Source: Octopus sinensis (taxonomy: Eukaryota). From it: a DNA stretch of 64,000 nucleotides. The notes beneath the pieces were generated by a model, which had not been told where the DNA came from, did no database searches, and was given only the letters and a program-made list of their open reading frames with translations. Shown piece by piece: positions 53,603-64,000 of the stretch; position 1 is the stretch's first letter; every line of letters begins with the position of its first letter. The stretch spans positions 72,478,001-72,542,000 of the forward strand of contig NC_042997.1 in assembly GCF_006345805.1 (NCBI RefSeq), given 5' to 3'. A program made the translations under genes and the position numbers.

Positions 53603-54178
53603 TATTAAAACAAAACAATAAAACCTTCAAGATGATGAATGGACACAAAGCTACTGGAAAAGATGGCATAATAACAAGGATGTTAATGTGCAGAGAGTAA
53701 GAGCAGACTGAACAGCTCGTTCTGCACTTCAATTGCTGTGTGAAAGAGAGTAAAATACCTTCGCGGTGAAAAGCCTCGAACACCATCTTTCTTCTATGAA
53801 TTTCACTTTCAGTAAAGTCTTTATTATTTTATTGATCTGCTTTCGGTTTGCATTTGTAAGGTGTATATTACTTGATCACTTTGTGATAAAATCTTGAAAC
53901 TTAACACCACAAATGAAGTATTCACTAATTCAACAAAGTGTTGCAATATATATTTGTAAATATAAGGCGATTTTATCTGGTTAAAAGGCAGAAGATTTCA
54001 AAGTACTTGTTCATAAATGTTCTCATATTTTCACGGGTAGAGGAGATTTGTAAATTCATATGCGAAATGCTTTCTATGATTGAGAATGATTTTTGTATTT
54101 AGTCATAAATACTAAAATAGCATAGAAAACAGTAAATATCACAATATATGAAGTGTTTCAACTTTTCCATTTCTCTAG

Positions 54179-54256
54179 AATTCGAGGAGGATACGACATC
54201 AGAAGAGTTTGAATCTGAGGCTGACGAGAAAAAAAACTTAGAACTGGAGACGCCAG
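54179..54256 (+). CDS. Exon E16 (78 nt), identical to E9
   Basis: Canonical AG/GT; same sequence as 35096-35173. Confidence 0.8.
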
Positions 54257-54476
54257 GTATGAATTACACATACATACATGCACACTTATACAACTACATA
54301 TATGCATGCACGCAGACACACACACATACACACTCGTACACACATAAATCTGTATGTTAGGTGTTTTGTATGATTGTGAATGTATGCTGTATACAGTCTC
54401 AAATAGGATAAAAAAAACTTTAAATATTCAATATTAAAATTTTATGTAAAAGTTTTCCGCCTTTCCATTTCTCTAG

Positions 54477-54554
54477 AATTCGAGGAGGATATGATACCAG
54501 AGGAGTTAGAGCCTGAGACCGAAGACTCGGAGGATGTAGAACTGGAGACAGCAG
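54477..54554 (+). CDS. Exon E17 (78 nt), identical to E10
   Basis: Canonical AG/GT; same sequence as 35394-35471. Confidence 0.8.
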
Positions 54555-55059
54555 GTATGAATTATACACACACGCGCACACATATCCACGCACATTCACA
54601 GATGCAAACGAACACATGTCCACACACACTCACACAGACATATATATGAGTCTACTGTGAAAGTCAGCTGCCCTCTTGATATCAATGCGGTTAGAAAAAT
54701 ACAAGAGAAAGAGGACATCTATGGGCCATTGATAAGGAGTTTGAAAGTCAGTACTCAAGCTACACTTCCAGCTTCATATGTATTATTATTGAAGCATCAA
54801 GATACATGCCAATCCGTCTGGAACTTGGAACCTTAGGGATAGAATGCAAATCCTTAATTCATATGCTACAGAGGATCGCGATATCTGGAACCATAAAAAA
54901 GACATTCCTAGGATTTAAAGGATGCTGGTTAAAACAAGATGCTTTCCTTTCTTCCAAGCAGGTGGCCAGTCAAAGTTTATTTTGAATTAAAAAGAAAACG
55001 GGCATACCTCCCTCCCTCCTTCCCTCTCTTCCTCCCTCCCTGCCTACATAATACATACA

Positions 55060-55091
<32 letters not shown>

Positions 55092-55833
55092 CATGTAGAG
55101 ATATGCATGTATACATACACACACATACACAGGCAGATGCACGTATGCACCCTCGCACTCGCATACAAATACACACGCATATTTGTACAAACATTAGATT
55201 AGCTCAAACATGTTTATGACATTTTATTATCTAAAGGCATAATCGTTGCATTTATCATGGGATTAAACATTCTCATTTATGGTAAAGGTTGCGAAAATAT
55301 CTCATCTGCTGCTAGAGGCGTTTCCAGATCTTTGGCCTTCATTTGTTGGAGATACTGAAGGAAGACAACCCAAGGAAGATAATGAAGCTGAACTAGCGTT
55401 ACAACTGCTATATTAGATCTGACCGGGTGGTTTGCGAGCACAAGTTAGTCACTGATATTGTTTGTTCTAAGATAAAGCTACGGCTTTAAGATCTACCAAA
55501 AGTTATCTCCCATCAGTATTTCCTAATAAGGAAGCCTAAAGAGATGAAACACTTCTTAGAGTTGAAGTCTATGGGTGTGTAGATTGCAGATGACATCTTA
55601 CTCGCCCCTGAATCTACGCGCACATACGCATGTCTAAAATATGCATGTATGTTGACTGGTTAGTATTTATGCCTAAATATGTGCAATGGTTGACGGATAT
55701 TTTAAATCGGTATGCCAAATGCTTTGTTTGACTGTGAATTGTGCTTTTATTGCGACGCAAATACCATTAAAAACTTTAAATGTTTGACATGAAAAATTTT
55801 ATATAAGAGGTTTCCTCCTTTCCATTTCTCTAG

Positions 55834-55911
55834 AATTCGAGGAGAATACAATGCCCGAAGAGTTAGAGTCTGTAGTCGAAGAGAAGGAGAATCTAGAACT
55901 AGAGACACCAG
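55834..55911 (+). CDS. Exon E18 (78 nt): EFEENTMPEELESVVEEKENLELETP
   Basis: tttctctag|AATTC...ACACCAG|gtatga. Confidence 0.82.
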
Positions 55912-56032
55912 GTATGAATTATATACACGTACATACATAATAAATACACACACACATACACACATACATATATCTTTAAATATTTAATATTACATCTTTG
56001 ATTAACGGCCCTTCTCCATTCCATTTCTCTAG

Positions 56033-56110
56033 AATTCGAGGAGAATTCGACACCAGAGGAATTAGACTCTGGAGGTGAAGAGACGGAGAATTTAGAACCA
56101 GAGACACCAG
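56033..56110 (+). CDS. Exon E19 (78 nt): EFEENSTPEELDSGGEETENLEPETP
   Basis: tttctctag|AATTC...ACACCAG|gtaatg. Confidence 0.8.
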
Positions 56111-56213
56111 GTAATGATGTGCGTATGTGTGCGAGAGCACGTATGCATGTATGTAAGCATGTATGTGCATTTGTGTGCGCGTGCACGTGTGTGTACCATC
56201 GTCGTCGTCGTCG

Positions 56214-56248
<35 letters not shown>

Positions 56249-56936
56249 TTCATCGTCGTCATTTCCCATTATCTCCGTCTACGGCACAATGCGCACTGAT
56301 TTGCGATAATTTTCTCTACACTATGAATTTAAGTTATTGGACATGTCTCGTGTTAATTTCATGAACCATGCACTTCCGCGCTGGCTTAGGTCATGTTATA
56401 CGAGTATATTAATTTTGGAGTTTTCATTTTAAATTGGCTACTTTCAACGTAGCTAAGGAGCTCAACCTAACTTTACAAAAATCTATCTAACCCATAGATG
56501 AGATCCTTACGGGTATTACCATTCTGGTTGAGAACGAGCCTAAGAGTAATGAAAATCAAGTGTTCACTCCACGTTCCCCATAATTCCAGAACTCCCGAAC
56601 TGGAACCTCACTACTGGTCGGAATTTAAGGCCATACACAGGACGTGCATATGTACATATATATGTATATATACGTAAAATTTGGCTGAAATTGATGGGTG
56701 AACGTTTGGTCCAATCGGATGTGCGTGTAGCCACGCAAGCGTTGATAAGTGGGTTCGATTTGGGCTAGGGTTAGCTCATCACTTTTCAGCCAAATTGTTT
56801 ATATATAAATGTCATTTTAAATCGGAGAACATATATTATTATGATATATTATTATAGTTATTTTTGTACTCATAGACATTCATTGTTGCTTTCTCTCCGT
56901 AGCTTACAATGTCTCTGTTTTGTCTGTAAATATTAT

Positions 56937-57010
<74 letters not shown>

Positions 57011-57039
57011 TATATATAAATATATATAAGTAATGTTTA

Positions 57040-59350
57040 TCGCATCGCCACATCAATATGGCTGTTCGACGTTACTACCAATTTTAACCCCAGGAAGAGC
57101 CTCTTCCAGCTGATTATTGATGCAATGTGCACTCGGTAGACAGTGATGTATAGTTAGCTTTACTCTCTGTTCTAAAACTATGCAAATGATTACGTTACCT
57201 AACATTAAAACTGTTTGAAGTCGCATCGATATAATTATATAATGTCCTAGCTTCAGGACCGAACAATTGTAAACTACATCATAAATAAGACACTTATTTT
57301 CAAAGGGATAGTCGTTCGGCAGGTCTTCTACAGTTACACGTATTCGAGCTCCTTGCAGAAGCGTTGTTCCTAAGGCTAGTGTCATTGTTAATATTAGTTA
57401 TTACTATTTAAGTTAATGTTACTGCAATTAGTTCCGCCATTCATTGTGTTTCTATTGTAACCAGGATTGTTGCCACAATCTCTATTGATGTCCTTAGGGA
57501 AATTAGAGTTATTACATATGGAGCCAATAGCTTCGTCATTATGACAATTGACAATACTAGTAGTCCCGAAGGAGTTGTTCATACTATTACCGCGCCCAAA
57601 TTCATCATTATCGTAAATGAAGTCATAATATATTCTAATTGGTAAATGGTGATTGGATGAGCTAATAGAACACGAACAATTAGAATTATCGCAATCTACA
57701 TTCTTACATGTACTGGTCAAGCTCGAATTTACTAGGTTAGATTTCAAAGTACAAATGGAAATATTATGGTTACCTACACTATTCGTAAATAAATTCTCCA
57801 ATGTTCTATTATTTATAGCAGCTATGCGATCAGCAACATTCGGGGTACTAGGATATGAACACTTAATCGCGTATCGTTTAAATATATTCCTATATCTAAT
57901 TGAAGGAGGAAAGTTCTTTTCGAAGGCCGTAACAAATATATTCGGTAATCTAGATTTAATATTCACAACATAAGATAGTTTATACCAGATCATATCTTTG
58001 CTAAATATTCCACACTATTATTGAATCTTCTGGAATCATTGGTATTATTATGACTCCCGGCTTCAGAGCTGATACCCACAGGAGTAGGCTGATTTCCACT
58101 CACAACAGAATTACAACATACGTGACGGCATGAATTGCCCGCATTTAATATTGGTTGACTTTTTCCTATACCGCTAATGAAAATTAGCGTGATACCTGAC
58201 TGTCACCAAATATTTAGTATTATTATTCATATTATGCACAGCCAAGATGTCTTAACTATTACTGCTTTCAAACTTGACTCTAGATTTATAAAATTATTTT
58301 TAGCAGAGTACGATTCACTATATTTAGAGTTGTCAATATTAAATAGTTTCCGAACAGCACTATTACAGTAGTTTGCATTTTTATTAAAAATGTCTTCATT
58401 AACCAATAATAAAAAAATTCTGAAGGGAACATTATTAACTATATTGATCACAGCCCGTATATGATTAGAATATCTGGTCATGTATTTGAGGTTTTCGTCC
58501 GGTTTGTATAAAGCCGAATTAAGTTCCAGCGTAACATCAAGAAAATTGACCATTTTACGCTCCTTCATAATGGTTGTGGATAAACCAATATAAAATAAAA
58601 TTCTGAGTCTTTTGTCAATTCTTTTAATTTCCACATTGCTACAGTTCCAGAAAAAGGAATAGTGCTCGTCCCTATATAGACCGGCTGCAATTTCCAGAAA
58701 ATAATTTTTTAATCTACTCAAACTATAAATACCTGTGAGTCCCTAACCAGCACGGAATCGCTCCAACCCACAGTCACATCAATATTATTTAACCTATCCT
58801 TCTTACTCCAAAATATTTCGTTGAAGTTGGTACGTGTTCTACTAGCAGTAAGAATTATATCGCTATTTCTCCTTGTTAATTTCGATTTCTTAGTAGCAAA
58901 GACTAATGATTTATCTAAAAGGGTTTATGCTGAATAGCAGCTGTCGATAATAGCTGCCTGAACGAATTTATAATCTCTCTTATGCAATTTGTTTAAAGCA
59001 ATCTATAACTTCAGAAGTACTTGACCATACGACTAACTCAACATTAAAAGTAAGTTGAGGAACAAATCTATCGAAAATTAACTTGCTCAACATACCCGTA
59101 TCCGATCTAGGCAAACAAATCAATCACCACGAGGCTTTACTAACAAGATTCGGTTTGTGCTCTTTCATATTAATTTTTGGAGGTTTAGGTGTTGTAGGCT
59201 GAATAGGATCCTCCAGTCCGAGTCAACACTCTAATTTCCGGTATTCTTTGTAAATGTTCCTTAAAGTAGGGCTGGGTTCTAATTTATATTCTTTTTGGAG
59301 CTCCTTGAGTATAATGTTTTTATAATACTAAGTTTTTATGTTGTAAAGTT
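57040..59350 (-). mobile_element. Penelope-like element remnant
   Basis: ORFs 58227-58721 (AGLYRDE..VNFLDVTLEL..YKPDENLKY..SNH), 57394-57993 and 57053-57385 (KCLIYDVVY, GIY-YIG-like). Confidence 0.8.
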
Positions 59351-59596
59351 TCCATATGTGTACATGTATATGCGTTTAGGGAAACATACATAACATCGAT
59401 TTGACTTCTCTTTTTAATTAAACAAATCAATTACACACACACATATATACATATACATACATACATACATACATACATACATGCATACATGCACATATAC
59501 ATATGTGTTTGTCTATATATATATTTCAAAATGTAACGACGTGTGTATCGTTGGCAATTTTCTTCCTCCCTCTCCTCTTCCTTTGGAATTTACTCT

Positions 59597-59630
59597 TTTT
59601 CTGAAGAAGAGCTTTCCTCGAAACGTTAAA
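59597..59630 (+). ncRNA. Minimal hammerhead-like motif with weak stem I
   Basis: uuuu CUGAAGA a gag cuuuc cuc GAAA cg UU aaa. Confidence 0.4.
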
Positions 59631-59842
59631 TCCTGTTTTCTTCCTCTCCTGATTGTCTGATAATATAGTATAGTGTACCACGTCCTCGTATTATTGATTT
59701 TTCTTGTTTGTTCTTCTTTGTTTTTCGAGTAGCGTGCGTATTGTGAAAAAATTATATGGTTAATGGACAATATGTCCAATTTTTCGGCATATTTGGCATT
59801 AGAATTTTTTTCCTTTGCCCTCATTTATGAATTATATATATA

Positions 59843-61091
59843 TACAGGGTGTCCCAAAAAATGTATGCACACTTTAAACAATTGTAAAGTAGTTGTTTAT
59901 TAAAAGACACTTCATTTTCAAAATTTAATAGAATCTACAGACATTATTTTATTGTTTTGTCAATGCCTGTTTTCAAACTGATGTCCGGTCTGGTCTAGGC
60001 ACTGCTGGCAACGCAAAGGAATGGAATCACAAATATCACAAAAGAATTTGTTTGGTATTTGTGTGCACTCTCGTCCAATGGCTGCTCTCAAATCAGCGAC
60101 TTGTAGGTTTCATAGCGTAGAATTTGTCTTTAAGGTATCCCCATAAAAAAAGTCTTGTGGCGTGAGGTCTGGTGAATTCAACCATACCTCTTCATCCAAT
60201 CCACCTGTTTAGCAAGATCTCATCAAGGAAGGATCTAACATAGCAATGGTAGTGTGGGGGTGCCCCATCTTGCTGAAAATAAAACTCCTCATCTTCAAAG
60301 TCTTCTCTAATGCTTGGCATAACAGACTGTTGCAATAAGTTCAAGTAAACGGGACCAGTCACAGTAGCACAACAAAAGAATGGTCCAATTAATCCTCTTG
60401 ATGATAAACAACACCACACAAATATCAAATTAACATGGCGTTTCACCATAACATGCAGATTCTCAGGACCCCAGTAGGTGCAATTGTGGCAGTTAATTGA
60501 ACCATTTAATTTGAATGTGGCTTCATCACTCCACACAATCTTTGTTGGAAAGTGTGCAGCTTCTACACATCGTTCCAAGTACCGCTCGCAATGCTGCACT
60601 CTTTCGTCTGGATCATCATCATTAATAGCATGGACTAATCTTGGAATGTAACTTTTCCATTGACAATGCTTCAAAATGCATTGGACAGATGATTTTGGAA
60701 TACCTACCTCATGACTCGCTTTGCCGCACAGATTTTCTTGGACTTTGGTGATTCATTTCCAGTACTCCTTGCTTTGTTGGGGTTGTTGATGTTCGGGGTC
60801 TTCTGGAATGCTTATCGTGGACATTCTGAACAGTTCCATCAGCTTCAAACTTATCTCTAATTCAAGTGATAGGGAGTTGCATTGGTGGATCTGTTTGAAA
60901 CTCCCTCCCCAACTGTTTTTGCACTTCAACTGCATTTTCACACCTCCAGTATCATTTTAGAATGAATTTTCTTTGTTCAAAGCTTAGTCTGACTGCCATC
61001 ATTAAATCCTATAGGTTTCATCTGGAAAGAAAAATATCAATTGAGTTATCAGCTGCTAAAGTGTGTATACATTGTTTTGGGACACCATGTA
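59843..61091 (-). mobile_element. Full-length but inactivated Tc1/mariner element (1245 bp, ~30-bp TIRs, TA TSD)
   Basis: TA|CAGGGTGTCCCAAAAAATGTATGCACACTTT ... AAAGTGTGTATACATTGTTTTGGGACACCATG|TA; ORF 60192-60674 ([15 protein letters not shown]) with stops and frameshifts. Confidence 0.92.
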
Positions 61092-61098
61092 TATATAT

Positions 61099-61161
<63 letters not shown>

Positions 61162-61444
61162 TATAATGTATTATATTATAATGTAAACCTTTTTGAACTC
61201 ATAATATTCTGTGCGTGTTTGAATATACAGATACAATACCAATATCCCACTGAACTTTTTAATAATTCCTTCTATATATTCAAATTTTGTGTTTGAAGCA
61301 GCTCGTTAATATACATCTTATGAATATCATATACTTAATGTATATGTCGTTAAAGGCTTGAAAGTTGCGGTATTTCATCTAAGAGATCTGCCTCTGAAAA
61401 CCTAAGCTAAGCGAAACGAAATCGCGCTGAAAATGAACGAGAGC

Positions 61445-61486
61445 GACAGAGCCGATATTTCGCGGTTATTTTCGCTCATCAGTGTC
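61445..61486 (-). ncRNA. Minimal type I hammerhead motif (canonical core)
   Basis: Reverse complement: gaca CUGAUGA gcg aaaauaac cgc GAAA uaucgg CUC uguc; stems I and II perfect, stem III imperfect. Confidence 0.55.
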
Positions 61487-62244
61487 ATATACTCATCTAC
61501 TAGACGCGTTTCTGGGTCTTTAGCCTTCCTTTGTTGAAGATACTGAAAGGAGGTAAGACAGGGGAGATAATGAAGCCGTGCAAGCGTTACTACTGCTATA
61601 TTTGTTCTGACCATGTGGTCTGCGAGCACAAATCAGCCACTGATATTGATTCTTCTACTAGTCGCTATCTCCTTAGAGAGGAAGCCTAAAGAACCAGAAA
61701 CTCATCTAGAAGTCGAGGTTTATGGGTGTATAGACTGCAGATGACATCTTACTCGTCGAAACCTCACACACATATACATGTCTAAGATATGCATGTATGT
61801 AGGCTGGAAGTATATATGCATAAATATGTGTATGGTTGATTATATTACCTACCTGTATTCGCATTGTTTCTAAATATCCTGTTTTTTTTTTTCCAGTAGT
61901 ATGGTGTGGTTTAAATGTAAAAAAATATGCCTGCAATGCCTGAAATTGGATGTCATCAACAAAAAGTGTCTGAATTTGGCTCTCAATAAAATCTCTATAA
62001 TTTTATTGAAATGTTTTCAATTTGTATTTGTAAGGTGCATGCTATGCGATCTCTTTGTTCCAGGAAAATTATTGACAAGAATAAACAACAAGTTTGACGG
62101 ACGTCAGACGATATATCTAAATCCGTATATCAAATACCTTCTATGATTGTGAATGGTGTTTTCATTGCGACTTAATAGCATAAAAACTTTAAATATTTAA
62201 CATTGAAATTTCATACAAAGGTTTTCTCCTTTTCGTTTCTCTAG

Positions 62245-62322
62245 AATTCGAGGAGACTACATCAGCAGAAGAGTTAGAGTCTGTAGTCGAAGAGACGGAG
62301 AATCTAGAACTAGAGACACCAG
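62245..62322 (+). CDS. Exon E20 (78 nt): EFEETTSAEELESVVEETENLELETP
   Basis: gtttctctag|AATTC...ACACCAG|gtatga. Confidence 0.82.
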
Positions 62323-62630
62323 GTATGAATATATACACGTACATACATACATGCATGGATACATGCATGCATGCATACATACATACATACATACATACAT
62401 ACATACATACATACATACATACATACATACATACATACATGCACGTGCGTCACAATGTCTATAAGAATTATTCAAATCTGTATTTCAGATGCGTTGTATG
62501 ATTGTGTATGGGTTATGTATTATGTCCCAAATATTCAAACAACAAAAAAAAAAAAAGAGAAAAAGATAGCAAATTTTAATATTTAACATTAAATGTTTAT
62601 ATAAAAGGTTTCCTATTACTATTTCTCTAG

Positions 62631-62708
62631 AATTCGAAGAGAATACGGTACAAGAAGAGTTGGAATCAGAGGCCGAAGAGACGGAGAAGGTAGAGCTGGA
62701 GACTCCAG
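62631..62708 (+). CDS. Exon E21 (78 nt): EFEENTVQEELESEAEETEKVELETP
   Basis: atttctctag|AATTC...ACTCCAG|gtaatg. Confidence 0.82.
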
Positions 62709-63140
62709 GTAATGATATGTGTATGTGTGTGTGATTGCGTATGTATACACACACACACACACATATGTATGTTTATGTATTCATGTATATATGTATGTAT
62801 GAAGTCAAAGTTACGCGTAATTTGGACCAGCACCTTAGGCGCTAAATACTTTTAGGGTTGGTTTTCTCTGTGTACACAACCGAAATATCATATCTGATAT
62901 TTCGACTCTCACCAACCGTAGGCCGGAACCCCTGACGTTACCCATGTATGTATGTATGTATGTATGTATGTATGTATGTATTATGTATGTATGTATGTAT
63001 GTATGTATGTATGTATGTATGTATGTCTCTTAAATAGCTTATAAACACATTCCACGCTGCAATTGTTTTCGTTCCTGCACTCGATCTCTGATCAGGTCAC
63101 TTGCTATGCAAACACATCTCTCTCTCTCCCACAATATATA

Positions 63141-63197
<57 letters not shown>

Positions 63198-63449
63198 AGA
63201 TTCAGTTGAATCGGGTACTTAAGTTGATGCAGCTTGTTTAGTAGGGATAATACACACGCACAACAATGATTTGCAAATATCAACCTTGGTATATAAATTT
63301 TTAAAACTGTTAAATTATTGGAATGTTCTTCATTGTAAAGTATCCATCTAAGAAAACAGTTTCTTTGAGAATTGATATAATGTACTCATTAATCAATTAA
63401 AAGAGTCATTAGAAACGCCCGTAATGGATTGACAATTGTACTTCATTTG

Positions 63450-63490
<41 letters not shown>

Positions 63491-63577
63491 TATATATTAT
63501 ATATATATATATACATATATACATACATACATACACTCACACACACACATATATATATCTATATATCTATATATCTA

Positions 63578-63613
<36 letters not shown>

Positions 63614-63620
63614 ATCTATC

Positions 63621-63660
<40 letters not shown>

Positions 63661-63661
63661 T

Positions 63662-63706
<45 letters not shown>

Positions 63707-63880
63707 GGTCTAGGTAAATTCCAGCATGGTAAATTCCACCCGATAATAATCATCGGTGGTCAGTTTCTCTACACATGGGTCAATACCTATGTTATTTAAT
63801 GTCTAGCTCTCAAGTCTTAAGAAAGGAGAGAGCGAGAGAGAGAAAGAGAGAAAAAGAGAGAGAGAGAGAGCGAGAGAGAG

Positions 63881-63927
<47 letters not shown>

Positions 63928-64000
63928 TGAAGGTGAGATTGAAAATAATCTACTTGAATTGAGATACACTTTAATGTACTCTCATCGAGCAAGAATCTAT

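Noticed and set aside
56340-56830. TAACC/GGTTAG motifs as interstitial telomere
   Set aside because: Only isolated motifs with no tandem array; probably part of an unclassified repeat.

Overview
AT-rich, microsatellite-dense metazoan genomic DNA. The repeat content (tRNA-derived SINE, R4/RTE/CR1 LINEs, Penelope-like elements, Tc1/mariner) suggests an octopus or other coleoid cephalopod; this is inferred, not database-confirmed. Most ORF-track entries are microsatellite or transposon translations. The main non-repeat signal is a + strand, intron-rich gene segment from 16076 to at least 62708. It is built from 21 paralogous mini-exons: 20 with intact AG/GT sites and 1 with an AG>GG acceptor, plus 2 decayed relics. 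Every exon is 63, 66, 75, 78 or 117 nt, phase 1-1 and stop-free. Each encodes one copy of a Glu-rich repeat (consensus EFEEDTIPEELESETEETENLELETP), and the 20 intact exons splice into 508 codons. The array mostly occurs as exon doublets that were duplicated together with intronic TE fossils, with visible exon birth, death, internal expansion and donor duplication. The start and stop exons were not found. The window also carries about 10 minimal hammerhead-ribozyme motifs of Penelope type, showing C3-G8, U3-A8 and G3-C8 covariation. Other features are several long foldback palindromes, a TAA-targeted R4/Dong-like LINE stack containing a mosaic copy, and a 92-bp locally templated insertion.
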